This document shows positions 21,781 through 32,389 of a stretch of DNA of 64,000 nucleotides, one piece after another. How positions within the stretch are numbered: the stretch's first letter is position 1; each line of letters begins with the position of its first letter. Origin of the DNA: an uncultured Colwellia sp. (lineage in GTDB: Bacteria > Pseudomonadota > Gammaproteobacteria > Enterobacterales > Alteromonadaceae); the NCBI GenBank assembly GCA_913058245.1, contig CAJXQJ010000014.1, positions 8,535 to 72,534 on the forward strand. The letters run 5' to 3'. Below the pieces are notes generated by a model. That model made no database searches. It saw only the letters and a program-made list of their open reading frames with translations, and was not told the origin of the DNA. The position numbers were made by a program, and so were the translations under genes.

Positions 21781-23391
21781 ATGGCAGCTTTAGAAAACTC
21801 AATCGATTTATCTTCATACGGCATCACCAATGTTGCTGAGGTTGTTTACAATCCGTCATATGAGTTACTTTTTGCTGAGGAAACAAAATCTGATCTCACA
21901 GGTTATGATAAAGGTACAGTTACTGAACTAGGGGCTGTTTCTGTTGACACTGGTATTTTTACTGGTCGCTCTCCTAAAGACAAGTACATAGTACGTGACG
22001 ATACTACGCGCGATACTGTCTGGTGGTCAGATCAAGGTAAAAACGACAATAAATCTATGACTCAAGAAACTTGGGACAGCTTAAAAGGTTTAGTCACTGA
22101 GCAATTATCTGGTCAACGTCTATTTGTTGTTGATACATTTTGTGGTGCCGATAACGACACTCGCTTAAAGGTTCGCTTTATTACTGAAGTCGCATGGCAA
22201 GCACACTTTGTTAAGAACATGTTCATTCGTCCAACAGATGCCGAATTAGCAAATTACGAACCTGATTTCGTGGTAATGAATGGTGCAAAAACAGTAAACC
22301 CTAACTGGAAAGAACAAGGTTTAAACTCTGAAAACTTTGTTGCCTTTAACTTAACAGAAAAAATGCAGCTGATTGGCGGTACTTGGTACGGCGGCGAAAT
22401 GAAGAAAGGTATGTTCTCTATGATGAATTACCTATTACCATTAAAGGGTATTGCTTCAATGCATTGTAGTGCCAACGTTGGTGCTGATGGCGATACTGCA
22501 GTTTTCTTCGGCCTATCTGGTACAGGTAAAACTACATTGTCAACAGATCCAAAACGCCAATTAATTGGTGATGATGAGCACGGTTGGGATGACAATGGTG
22601 TGTTTAACTTTGAAGGTGGTTGTTACGCAAAAACTATCAACCTTAGTAAAGAAAATGAACCTGATATCTACAACGCCATCCGTCGCGACGCATTATTAGA
22701 AAACGTAACGGTTGATGAGAATGGTAAAATTGATTTTGATGATAATTCAAAAACAGAAAACACTCGTGTTTCATACCCTATTCATCATATTGATAACATC
22801 GTAAAACCAGTTTCTCGTGCTGGCCATGCTAAAAAAGTTATCTTTTTAACGGCTGATGCATTTGGTGTTTTACCGCCAGTAGCTAAGTTAACTCCAGCAC
22901 AAACCGAGTACTACTTCTTATCGGGTTTCACAGCGAAGCTAGCGGGTACTGAGCGTGGTATTACAGAACCAACACCAACATTTTCAAGCTGTTTTGGTGC
23001 TGCATTCTTGAGCTTACACCCAACACAATATGCAGAAGTATTACGCAAACGTATGCAAGCTGCTGGCGCTGAAGCTTATCTAGTAAATACAGGCTGGAAT
23101 GGCACAGGCAAACGTATTTCAATTAAAGATACGCGTGCAATTATTGATGCTATTTTAGATGGTTCTATCGATAATGCAGAAACACAAGTTTTACCATTAT
23201 TTAACTTAGATATTCCTACTAGCATCGAAGGTGTTGATAACGGCATTTTAGATCCGCGTGATACTTATGCAGAAAAAGCTGAGTGGCACGGCAAAGCAGT
23301 TGATTTAGCTAACCGTTTCGTTAACAACTTTGATAAATTTACCGATACTGATAACGGTAAATCATTAGTTGATGCGGGTCCTAAAGTTTAA
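21781..23391 (+). CDS. pckA: Phosphoenolpyruvate carboxykinase (ATP)
   Basis: [26 protein letters not shown] and NTGW motifs. Confidence 0.98.
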   Translation: MAALENSIDLSSYGITNVAEVVYNPSYELLFAEETKSDLTGYDKGTVTELGAVSVDTGIFTGRSPKDKYIVRDDTTRDTVWWSDQGKNDNKSMTQETWDSLKGLVTEQLSGQRLFVVDTFCGADNDTRLKVRFITEVAWQAHFVKNMFIRPTDAELANYEPDFVVMNGAKTVNPNWKEQGLNSENFVAFNLTEKMQLIGGTWYGGEMKKGMFSMMNYLLPLKGIASMHCSANVGADGDTAVFFGLSGTGKTTLSTDPKRQLIGDDEHGWDDNGVFNFEGGCYAKTINLSKENEPDIYNAIRRDALLENVTVDENGKIDFDDNSKTENTRVSYPIHHIDNIVKPVSRAGHAKKVIFLTADAFGVLPPVAKLTPAQTEYYFLSGFTAKLAGTERGITEPTPTFSSCFGAAFLSLHPTQYAEVLRKRMQAAGAEAYLVNTGWNGTGKRISIKDTRAIIDAILDGSIDNAETQVLPLFNLDIPTSIEGVDNGILDPRDTYAEKAEWHGKAVDLANRFVNNFDKFTDTDNGKSLVDAGPKV

Positions 23392-23449
23392 TCACTTAGT
23401 ACACTCGACTTATTTACCTTAGAGTAGCATTTACTCTATGGTAAAATTG

Positions 23450-23481
23450 AAAAAGCCATCATAATTTATGATGGCTTTTTT
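23450..23481. terminator. Bidirectional terminator between pckA and envZ
   Basis: AAAAAGCCATCATAA-T-TTATGATGGCTTTTTT. Confidence 0.85.
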
Positions 23482-23549
23482 GTTACTTTCTTATTACCCG
23501 TTATTTTTATCTATGCCTTACTTTCACCGTACGCGAAAAGCAAATAGGG

Positions 23550-24848
23550 CTAGTTATGCGTTATTGGTAAACATATTTTAGCCATTAAGCCACCTTCTGG
23601 TTTATTTGATAACTCAACCCGGCCACTATGGGTATCAACAATACGTTTAATAATTGCTAAGCCTAAACCACTACCTTCTGTGCCTCTGGCTTTATCACCT
23701 TGCGTAAAAGGCTGAAACAAACGCTCAATATCAACATCAGGTATGCCAGGGCCCTCATCACAAACACAAACACATATTTCTTGCTTTAAGGCGTTATGGC
23801 TTGTTGATACCATAATTTTACCGTCACTGTAACGTAAGGCATTTTGCACTAGGTTCGAAAGTGCTCGTTTTATCGCAACATAACGTAGCGGCAACTTAGG
23901 CAAGGTTTCGGCACTAAATTCAATTTTACGTTCGAGTATGCTTTCCGATTGAACCACCTCTTCAATAAGTACATTAATGTCAGCAAGTTCAGCCTTATCT
24001 TTACTATCATGGCGAATATAATCGATGAACTGATCGATAATGGTATTCATATCATCAATATCACCTTCAATGCCGTCTTTCAAAAATTCATCTTGCTGAG
24101 ATATCATTTCAGTCGCTAGACGAATCCGTGTTAACGGCGTGCGTAAATCATGGGAAATACCGGCCATTAATAAATTTCGGTCGTCTTCAAGCTGTTTAAT
24201 GCCTTTTGACATATGATTAAATGCGCGTGTCACAGCGACAATTTCCGTGGTGCCACGTTCGCTTAACGGCTCCGGAAAATCTCCTCGACCAACGTCATGT
24301 GCAGCATGTTGCAAAGCTCCTAGCGGGCGGTTTAGTTGTCGAACAAATAGCCAGCCCCCCATAACACTTAAAATCCCTAAAATCATCAACACTAAAATAA
24401 GTGGTGAGAAATTTTCTTCTTCTAAGCCATTAATTGGAATTTTAACCCAGTAATCGGGGGCTTGTGGAGGCCTGATCCAAAACAGATATTCATCACCCTG
24501 AGAAATACGAACCTCTGCTGGACCACCTAATAAATTAGACATTTCAGAGGATCTAAATGCGTAATACACTGCATCTTGTAATCCCAGCTTCATCGCAGCA
24601 GCTTCTCGATAGACCCCGATACCTGTTTCGCGGGTAAAAGCATCTCCCATGGCAGGGCTAAGCTCTTCATCAGCAATATCAATAAAAACAACACGAACTT
24701 GTTTTGCCAATAACTGGTTAACTTGTTGCGCATTCGGTTGAATAATATATATCGACATCGATATAAAAGAGACAACCTGATTAATTAACAACAAGACACC
24801 AATTAATAGCACCGTTTGGCCGAAAGCACTACGCGGCAATATTTTCAT
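23550..24848 (-). CDS. envZ: Sensor histidine kinase EnvZ
   Basis: Two TM helices, HAMP domain, H-box [19 protein letters not shown]; downstream of ompR. Confidence 0.93.
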   Translation of the reverse strand: MKILPRSAFGQTVLLIGVLLLINQVVSFISMSIYIIQPNAQQVNQLLAKQVRVVFIDIADEELSPAMGDAFTRETGIGVYREAAAMKLGLQDAVYYAFRSSEMSNLLGGPAEVRISQGDEYLFWIRPPQAPDYWVKIPINGLEEENFSPLILVLMILGILSVMGGWLFVRQLNRPLGALQHAAHDVGRGDFPEPLSERGTTEIVAVTRAFNHMSKGIKQLEDDRNLLMAGISHDLRTPLTRIRLATEMISQQDEFLKDGIEGDIDDMNTIIDQFIDYIRHDSKDKAELADINVLIEEVVQSESILERKIEFSAETLPKLPLRYVAIKRALSNLVQNALRYSDGKIMVSTSHNALKQEICVCVCDEGPGIPDVDIERLFQPFTQGDKARGTEGSGLGLAIIKRIVDTHSGRVELSNKPEGGLMAKICLPITHN

Positions 24849-24891
24849 AGACTTCTACTAGATAGGATTCATTTAAATTACATAGGCAAAA

Positions 24892-25617
24892 TTAGGCAAC
24901 AGATTTCCCTTCTGGAACAAAAACATAACCTAAGCCCCAAACCGTTTGAATGTAACGAGGCTTTGCAGGGTCTTCTTCTAACATTCTCCGTAACCTGGAG
25001 ACTTGAACATCAATACTCCGCTCAAGTGCAGAATAATCTCGACCGCGAGCTAAATTCATCAGCTTATCCCGTGATAAAGGCTCTCTTGGATGTGTTATTA
25101 ACGCTTTTAATACTGCGAACTCACCACTCGTTAGTGGCATATTAACATCGCCTTTCAGCATTTCTCGAGTAGCAAGGTTTAATTGATAGTCACCAAAGGA
25201 AATAACATTCTCTTCTTGTGAAGGCGCACCAGGAGCTTCTTGTACACGTCGGCGCAATACAGCTTTTATACGGGCTAATAACTCACGAGGATTAAACGGC
25301 TTTGGCATATAATCATCAGCGCCTAACTCTAAGCCGATGATACGATCTACTTCATCACCTTTTGCTGTTAACATAACAATTGGAATATCATTTGAGCCTT
25401 GTCTTAAGCGTCTACAGATAGATAAACCATCTTCCCCTGGAAGCATTAAATCAAGCACCAACAAATGAAAGTTCTCGCGTTCAAGTAATCTATCCATTTG
25501 CTCTGAATTTGCTGCACTGCGCACAACAAAACCTTGCTCTACTAAATACCGCTCTAGTAATGCTCGTAAACGCATATCGTCGTCTACTACCAATACTTTC
25601 GGTGTTTCATGTCCCAT
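24892..25617 (-). CDS. ompR: Response regulator OmpR
   Basis: LVVDDDMRLRALL, DLMLPGEDGLSICRRLR and RYIQTVWGLGYVFVP, very close to OmpR. Confidence 0.96.
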   Translation of the reverse strand: MGHETPKVLVVDDDMRLRALLERYLVEQGFVVRSAANSEQMDRLLERENFHLLVLDLMLPGEDGLSICRRLRQGSNDIPIVMLTAKGDEVDRIIGLELGADDYMPKPFNPRELLARIKAVLRRRVQEAPGAPSQEENVISFGDYQLNLATREMLKGDVNMPLTSGEFAVLKALITHPREPLSRDKLMNLARGRDYSALERSIDVQVSRLRRMLEEDPAKPRYIQTVWGLGYVFVPEGKSVA

Positions 25618-25922
25618 AATGCCTGTTCCATTTTGTTATTTTTCAACTTGGTTTAACTATAAGCCATATTGTTACAAATAGAAAAACCTGTTCTGTGTCA
25701 GTTTCCTTGCATTTGTTACAAATTATGTTAACGAGTTAATACGCTAAGGTATAGGATTATATAAACTTTTCTATATTTAATAACAAATAGCAACAAGTTA
25801 GCTACAAGTTAAATTATTCTCGCTTAACAAGCACTAAAAATCATCAATGAAATAGTGACTAAGTGATAACTTAGTCACTTGCAAGTACTTACATTGCTGG
25901 GCGATTGTGGGAGAATAGCTCC

Positions 25923-26288
25923 ATGAGAGTTTGGGTTTATTTCCACAAGGCACCTATTCGTGTTTTGCTGATTAGCAAAAGGCGCAATTTCGTGCGCCTA
26001 AAGCGGAATATGCTGAAAGTGAAAATTGCATTAGCGCAGGAAAAAATAGAAACCAAGCAAATGCTAAGCATCTATAAGCGTTACACTAAGCGTCAGGCTA
26101 GTAGTGATGAAATGCGAGTTGCCAATCAGCAATTTGTTGATATTTTAAAAGGGTTAGGTTTAGGGGTATTTGCAGTTTTGCCATTTTCGCCAATTACTAT
26201 TCCGATTATGATCAAGGTTGGTCGCATGGTCGGCGTTGAAATATTACCCAGTTCATTTATTGATAAGAAAAACAACGACAAACCATAA
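25923..26288 (+). CDS. Small LETM1-like membrane protein
   Basis: C-terminal DILKGLGLGVFAVLPFSPITIPIMIK...ILPSSF resembles the LETM1 TM segment and its LPSxF motif. Start placed at ATG 25923. Confidence 0.55.
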   Translation: MRVWVYFHKAPIRVLLISKRRNFVRLKRNMLKVKIALAQEKIETKQMLSIYKRYTKRQASSDEMRVANQQFVDILKGLGLGVFAVLPFSPITIPIMIKVGRMVGVEILPSSFIDKKNNDKP

Positions 26289-26291
26289 CAG

Positions 26292-26795
26292 TTATTGCAA
26301 ATAGTTAATCGCTTGATCGGTAACGCACTGAGTAAAACTTTTTTGTCGCTCGGCACGAGAAAGTGACGCTATTGCCTTACCAACGAGTTGCATTTTTTGT
26401 TCTCTATCCGCTATCGGTAAGTCAGCCAATTGCTCATGAAAACATCCCGACAAACCATAATTTAATGCAATATCAGATTTAGGCGATGCGCCATCAAGGC
26501 ACTCCATTAATTGCTCAGCTAAGGTATTTTTATCTACCTCAGTGATCAAGCCTTTTATTGTTAGGCTTTCATCAGGCGCTTTTTGTTGTTGACAGCTAAA
26601 GTACATATCGGCAACAGCAACAATAGGAATAAGCTTTTCATGTTGCGTGCCAAAGCGAGCCTTTAACCACTGATCTCTATCTAATTGTTGTGATTGCATT
26701 GCATTTATCGGCATAGCCAACATCAGCACACATGTAGTTGTAAATACGCTAATTACACAGGTAATCTTTTTGATTAAATTCGTTGGATTATTCAT
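26292..26795 (-). CDS. Exported helical hypothetical protein with four Cys in the mature region
   Basis: Signal-peptide-like N-terminus; 167-aa ORF with normal composition. Confidence 0.7.
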   Translation of the reverse strand: MNNPTNLIKKITCVISVFTTTCVLMLAMPINAMQSQQLDRDQWLKARFGTQHEKLIPIVAVADMYFSCQQQKAPDESLTIKGLITEVDKNTLAEQLMECLDGASPKSDIALNYGLSGCFHEQLADLPIADREQKMQLVGKAIASLSRAERQKSFTQCVTDQAINYLQ

Positions 26796-26963
26796 AGTTC
26801 AGCCATGTGGTTAACATCAACACTATAATATAAAAACATAGCGATACTGTCTGTAACAAATGTCTTCATCTATTACTTTATCATTGTCTAAACAAAGACT
26901 AAGCTTTGCCAAAAGCACATTGCATGTTTAAATAACTCACTAAATAATAATATATGCGATGTT

Positions 26964-27464
26964 ATGGCTATCACATCTTTTACTAAAGTATCTTTGTTCT
27001 TACTATGCAATGCTATTTTCACATTGCCAATGTTCACATATGCTAGTGAAACAACACTAGAGCGATTAGAGCATCATATTAATCAGCATAAAGGTAAAGT
27101 TATTTATTTAGACTTTTGGTCTTCTTGGTGTGGGCCTTGTCGAAAGTCATTCCCTTGGATGAACAAACTGCAGCAAAAATACCAAGAGCAAGGCCTAACT
27201 ATTTTGAGTGTAAATTTAGATCATGATCGAAAGCTGGCTGATAAGTTTTTGCTAGATAGTCCTGCGGACTTTCCAATTATATATGACAGCAAAGGCCTTA
27301 TCGCGCGAAAATATAAGCTCAAAGGTATGCCTAGTAGTTTTATTTATGATCGAACGGGCAAGCTTGTAAATGCACATGTTGGTTTTAATAAACAAAAAAG
27401 CCAGCTTTATGAACAAGAGCTGGCTCAATTACTCAATGCCAAAAGTCAGCTTGAAAAGCCATAG
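26964..27464 (+). CDS. TlpA-family thiol-disulfide oxidoreductase
   Basis: DFWSSWCGPC and GMPSS motifs; signal peptide. Confidence 0.9.
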   Translation: MAITSFTKVSLFLLCNAIFTLPMFTYASETTLERLEHHINQHKGKVIYLDFWSSWCGPCRKSFPWMNKLQQKYQEQGLTILSVNLDHDRKLADKFLLDSPADFPIIYDSKGLIARKYKLKGMPSSFIYDRTGKLVNAHVGFNKQKSQLYEQELAQLLNAKSQLEKP

Positions 27465-27784
27465 CATTTTTCCACTTTACTAATACGGACAGTAAAGTCT
27501 TTATACCATACCGAGCGACCTAACTTCTGGGCAGCAAGATGCTTACTATTTTGCTGCCAACTATGAATATCACTTAAGCTACGCCAGTATGAAACGGTGA
27601 TACCAACCTCTTCTCTAGCTGATTCCATACCTAAAAAACCAGCTTGCTGCTCTGCCAACTCCACCATAGCATTCGCCATTTCATGATAGCCCTCCAACTC
27701 CTTATTCATTATCGAACTAAATATCACAGCGTAATAAGGCGGCGTCGGGGTTTGCGCAAGCATGTTTTTAATTTCTTCCGTCAT
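27446..27784 (-). CDS. Antibiotic biosynthesis monooxygenase-family protein
   Basis: PPYYAVIF, GFLGMESAR and ITVSYW motifs. Confidence 0.85.
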   Translation of the reverse strand: MTEEIKNMLAQTPTPPYYAVIFSSIMNKELEGYHEMANAMVELAEQQAGFLGMESAREEVGITVSYWRSLSDIHSWQQNSKHLAAQKLGRSVWYKDFTVRISKVEKCYGFSS

Positions 27785-27800
27785 AGGTTTAACTGCTTAA

Positions 27801-28634
27801 TTATTTAGGCTGTATCATATGTACATCGCGTTGCGGGAACGGGATAGTAATATTTTCTCTATCAAAGGCAAGTTTCACTTCCTCAATAACACCGAAGTAT
27901 ACTGGCCAATAATTTTCTGAATCCGTCCATGGACGCACCAGTAAATTCACTGAACTATCGGCATGGGCAGATACAAAAATATCAGCTGCTGGCGACTTTA
28001 ATATCCGCTCATCGGCATCAAGCACACTTTGTAAAACTTCTTTTGCCTTTTTAATATCATCGCCATAGCTAATGCCAAATGTTAAATCGACACGACGAGT
28101 TGGTTCAACAAAAATGTTTTTAACACAACCATTTGACAATAAGCCATTTGGAATAATCACCCGTTGATTATCTAGCGTTAATAAAATGGTGTTGAATATT
28201 TGAATCTCTTGTACCACACCAACATAACCTTGTGCGTCAATAACATCGCCAGCTTTAAACGGTTTAAAGAATAAAATTAAAATACCACCGGCGAAATTCG
28301 ACAAACTTCCCTGTAGTGCTAAACCAACGGCAAGACCTGCAGCACCCAGCACAGCTATTAATGAAGTGGTTTCAACCCCAACCATAGAGGCAAATATAAT
28401 AATAAGAATCGACTTCAATAATATGCCGACGATACTTAGTAAAAATTGATGTAAGGTAATTTCTACTTTCTTTCTTTGCATTGCTAAGTCAAATAATTTT
28501 AATATTCGCTTAACCACCCAAAGTCCAACTAGAAGAACAATTATGGCGACTAATAACTTAGTACCAAACTGTACTGCTAAATCTCCTAGCATAGTGGCAT
28601 ACCTTTCTATGGTGCTGACATTCATTTCCATCAC
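27801..28634 (-). CDS. mscS: Small-conductance mechanosensitive channel
   Basis: GAAGLAVGLALQGSLSNFAGG and IPFPQRDVH motifs. Confidence 0.92.
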   Translation of the reverse strand: MMEMNVSTIERYATMLGDLAVQFGTKLLVAIIVLLVGLWVVKRILKLFDLAMQRKKVEITLHQFLLSIVGILLKSILIIIFASMVGVETTSLIAVLGAAGLAVGLALQGSLSNFAGGILILFFKPFKAGDVIDAQGYVGVVQEIQIFNTILLTLDNQRVIIPNGLLSNGCVKNIFVEPTRRVDLTFGISYGDDIKKAKEVLQSVLDADERILKSPAADIFVSAHADSSVNLLVRPWTDSENYWPVYFGVIEEVKLAFDRENITIPFPQRDVHMIQPK

Positions 28635-28717
28635 AAATTCCTATTTATTGTTATGATTTTCATAAGTTAACAAACTGCTAACAACAGTATAGTCATTGTT
28701 AGGCTTATTTTGCACAT

Positions 28718-28745
28718 AAAAAAAGCGAGCTTAGTAGCTCGCTTT
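28718..28745 (-). terminator. Intrinsic terminator after the TonB receptor gene
   Basis: AAAGCGAGCT / AGCTCGCTTT stem with an A-run on + (U-tract on the minus strand). Confidence 0.8.
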
Positions 28746-28764
28746 ATCAAATTCATTATTAACT

Positions 28765-30939
28765 TTAGAAGCTATATTTATAACCTACAGTAACACTACG
28801 TGGCTTACCTACCATAATAGAACCATGAGTTCGCGTTGCCATGTACTCTTTATCAAGTAAGTTATCTACGTTGAACGTAATTTCTTGATTATCAGCAATG
28901 CTGTAATGTGCAGCCATATCAACTACTGTGCGGCTTGCAATAGCTTCATCAGCATTTAAGCTACCTTGGCCTGCAGAAGTGCGCATTTCATCCATATAAC
29001 GCACTAGTACATCACCACGCCATTTTTCACCGACAACACCAACACTCAATTGTAATTGATTTTCAGGCACATATGGCAATTCATCGCCAGCTATCACATC
29101 ACCCCATGTATCTAAACCTGATTCAAATGAATTTTGAAATTCAGTTTCAGTAAATGTATAGGTTAAATTAACCGGAATTGATACTGTGTCAGCAGTAAAC
29201 TCATAACCAGCTTTAGCTTCTATACCTGAAACCTTCACTTCGCCAGCGTTATATTGGTCGCCAACATTTTCATCATCACAACCTTGGCTAGCGGTACAGT
29301 TACCGTGCATATTGTCGTAATCAGAATAGAAAAATAATGCTTCTGCACTCAATGTATCTTGATTAAAACGTAAGCCTAACTCGTAATTAATACTTTCTTC
29401 ATTCTCAGCTTTATCATTACCTGGTGCTGGCGGTGCGAAACCTTTTTGCACACCACCAATAATAACTAAGTCATTATTTACACGGTAAGTTACCGCAAGT
29501 GACGGTAATAACACGTCAACATCGTTACTAATATCTTTCGTCGTTGGTTCATTACGGTCGATAATACCTTTCCACTCTTTACGTGAAATAGTCATATCTT
29601 CATAACGTAAACCAGCATTAATAATAAAGTCACCAATGGTATATTCGTCATGCACAAACAACGCTAACGCTTCAGCAGAATCGATGCGGTTTGAGTCTTC
29701 ACCGTGAATGCCAGCTTCTGTTAGTGTCATTTCGTATGATGTGTTATCTAAAGCATAAGTATCAACCCACTGGAAACGATCCATTTCATCTTCATGATAA
29801 CGAGCACCAAACTTCACTTGATGATCACCAAAATCGGCATCTAATACCGTTTGAATACCTTTTGACTCATAATCACGACTATTTGCTTTAACATCAACGT
29901 TAATTTCATCACCAACAAATGTACCGTTGTCAAATGCAGCAGCGTCTTCAATACCACCTTTGCTTAAACTTAAACCATTAACTTTGCTGGTTTTATACCA
30001 ATTACGGCTAAACTCGTTGTAATACGCAGTAGTTCCTAAGGTAAAACGGTCTGATAATTGAATATGGTGATTAACTTGAAATTGCTTATGGCTAGTATCC
30101 ATATTATCAAGTTGTGACGCTGAATAGCGAGAATAAGGATTAGCATCAAAATCTGCTTTCGTTAAACCCATATAGGTTTCGTCTGAATCTTCATCTGAAT
30201 ACTTTAATTTAAACTCAAGTTCTTGATAATACTTAGCATCAGCGTCGCTATTGATTTTAACTTTCGCCATGATGTCATTTTTTACAAAGCCAGTATCAGC
30301 ATTTGTATGATTAACATCTTTAAAGCCATCAGCTTGGTAACGAAATACTTCAAATACTGACGAAACATTTTTACCAGCTCCACCCACATATGCGTGTGCT
30401 TTACCAAATCCGTCTTCACCTGCGCTTAAATTAATTTGCCCTGCTAACGCCTCTTCTGGAATTTCGCGTGATAACATGTTTACCACACCACCCGTAGTAC
30501 GAGGGCCATACATTGCGCTTGAAGTGCCTTTTAATACTTCGATTTGTTGCATACGACCAGAAGTTGGGAAGTAATAAGCAGATGGAGCAGCATAAGGTGC
30601 GGGAGCCGCTAAAACACCATCTTCCATAATAGTGACTTTCTCACTACGATTTTGACCAGTGCCACGCATACCGATATTTGGGCGAAGTCCGTAACCATCT
30701 TCTTCTAATACATACACACCTGGAACAGATGTTAATGTACGCATAATGTCAGTAAAGTCGAACTTCTCTAATTCTTCTTGAGAGATCAAATGAGCACTAC
30801 CAGGAACATCATTTACAGATTGTGCATTACCAAAAATAGTAAGGTGCTCCATATCATCATCTGCAACAGCAGAATTCGAAATAGCGCTAACAACTGATAA
30901 AGCAATCAAAGCTGGTTGAAAAAGAGAAGAAATTCGCAT
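28765..30939 (-). CDS. TonB-dependent outer-membrane receptor (FecA-like, probably iron uptake)
   Basis: Plug motifs VPGV, NIGMRG and IEVLKG; C-terminal Phe. Start moved to ATG 30939, which gives a signal peptide. Fur-like box upstream. Confidence 0.92.
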   Translation of the reverse strand: MRISSLFQPALIALSVVSAISNSAVADDDMEHLTIFGNAQSVNDVPGSAHLISQEELEKFDFTDIMRTLTSVPGVYVLEEDGYGLRPNIGMRGTGQNRSEKVTIMEDGVLAAPAPYAAPSAYYFPTSGRMQQIEVLKGTSSAMYGPRTTGGVVNMLSREIPEEALAGQINLSAGEDGFGKAHAYVGGAGKNVSSVFEVFRYQADGFKDVNHTNADTGFVKNDIMAKVKINSDADAKYYQELEFKLKYSDEDSDETYMGLTKADFDANPYSRYSASQLDNMDTSHKQFQVNHHIQLSDRFTLGTTAYYNEFSRNWYKTSKVNGLSLSKGGIEDAAAFDNGTFVGDEINVDVKANSRDYESKGIQTVLDADFGDHQVKFGARYHEDEMDRFQWVDTYALDNTSYEMTLTEAGIHGEDSNRIDSAEALALFVHDEYTIGDFIINAGLRYEDMTISRKEWKGIIDRNEPTTKDISNDVDVLLPSLAVTYRVNNDLVIIGGVQKGFAPPAPGNDKAENEESINYELGLRFNQDTLSAEALFFYSDYDNMHGNCTASQGCDDENVGDQYNAGEVKVSGIEAKAGYEFTADTVSIPVNLTYTFTETEFQNSFESGLDTWGDVIAGDELPYVPENQLQLSVGVVGEKWRGDVLVRYMDEMRTSAGQGSLNADEAIASRTVVDMAAHYSIADNQEITFNVDNLLDKEYMATRTHGSIMVGKPRSVTVGYKYSF

Positions 30940-30995
30940 GACTAAGCCTATAAAAGAAACAAATATTTTATTTGTGTGCATTAGACCACGAGTTA

Positions 30996-31016
30996 AAACA
31001 AGAATCGATATCATTT
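30996..31016. promoter_or_regulatory. Putative Fur box
   Basis: Minus strand reads AAATGATATCGATTCTTGTTT, close to the AAATGATAATGATTATCATTT consensus; upstream of the TonB receptor. Confidence 0.7.
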
Positions 31017-31110
31017 ACATTATTTATAATAGTCGATTGATATAAGTCAAATTAATAATATTGTGAGCATTAATCAACCAACACTGACTGCTAATATTGA
31101 AAGTTATTTA

Positions 31111-32232
31111 CTATTTCACTAGCATTAACCAAGCAGCTGCATAATCAGGTAGCTGTTTATTCGCTTGATGATAGTCTTTCCAGCCATAATAACTATCAAC
31201 TAATAAATCGAGCTGGAATAAATTGTTGTCAAAAGCGCCACCTTGATCCGCTAAAATACCTAACCGAGAAGTGTTCTCGCCAGCCGTTTCATAGCTCACC
31301 ATAAACAGTTTACCTAGACCCAATTCCGCTACGTTACCTGCAAATGAAACTTGCGGCTGAATTGCTATTTTGCTATCAAGTGTTTCACCATAACCCATAA
31401 TGCTTGGCACCTCAGAAAAATACCAATATCGCGCTTGCTCACGCTTTCCTATTGCATAGTCATAGGCAATACCATTGTTGCGATGTACATTGAAGTATCG
31501 TCGAACACCGTTAACATCAACTACACCAGTACCTTGTAACAATACATCATGAAGTGCTTCTTCTGTTAACCATATCAATGGCTTCGCCAATTTCTTCTGT
31601 TCTAATACGCCAGCAATAACTTGCTGTCGAGTATACTGGTGACGAGTTAAAGATAAATCATTATCAGCCTCAACTAACGTCAAACCACTTTCATCGAAAG
31701 GCACAGCATAAAGCGCTTGGTTATAATCTGATGTTTTTATGGCACTAGCAGTTAGTAGTTTAGTGTAATACTTAGTTAAGAAAATTTTATCCGTTGGAAT
31801 GTTATTTAACATTCTTGATTTAATATCATTGGTACTTTTTTCTGCAATAGCACGCGCAGTTTTAATATCTGGCGTCCAACGATAAAATTCAAAATTATCA
31901 CGTAAGAACTCATCATCATGTAAGCGACTATTACGTTTAGCGCGCACATCTTCTCTATAAGTTCTGCAAATAAAAGCCAACGTCTGCTCTACTCTTTTCA
32001 GTGTAACTTTTTCATCAAACACTTTACCTGCATGCACCGCAAACTTATCCGCTGCTGACTGCATTAAATAGCGCTGAGTTTCATCGGCAACATCACACAA
32101 TGCGCTAGCTTTAAAGCCTGACACCTTCTCGAAATTAGGTTTGTTATCTAGGGTAAAAAAACCACCATGCGTTTGCGAAAAGCTTTCAAATGATATCGCG
32201 GTAAAAAGAAAAATAAGTAAACAAAAACGCAT
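31111..32232 (-). CDS. MltA-like lytic transglycosylase-domain protein
   Basis: TKYYT, LLQGTG and ADQGGAF...QLDL resemble MltA motifs (TGYY, QGSG, DTGGAI...D); signal peptide. Confidence 0.7.
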   Translation of the reverse strand: MRFCLLIFLFTAISFESFSQTHGGFFTLDNKPNFEKVSGFKASALCDVADETQRYLMQSAADKFAVHAGKVFDEKVTLKRVEQTLAFICRTYREDVRAKRNSRLHDDEFLRDNFEFYRWTPDIKTARAIAEKSTNDIKSRMLNNIPTDKIFLTKYYTKLLTASAIKTSDYNQALYAVPFDESGLTLVEADNDLSLTRHQYTRQQVIAGVLEQKKLAKPLIWLTEEALHDVLLQGTGVVDVNGVRRYFNVHRNNGIAYDYAIGKREQARYWYFSEVPSIMGYGETLDSKIAIQPQVSFAGNVAELGLGKLFMVSYETAGENTSRLGILADQGGAFDNNLFQLDLLVDSYYGWKDYHQANKQLPDYAAAWLMLVK

Positions 32233-32389
32233 AAAGTAAGTTCAATAAATAGAATGTAAGTACATGGTATGACAATCAATAAATTGGCGCTACTCTTGTC
32301 ACTAATTTTTCAATAAACCTTGCTGCAAAGCTAAATATAGTGATAATCGGGCAAGGTTTCATTACGTGTTTATCATTAGTGGGTTAGAA

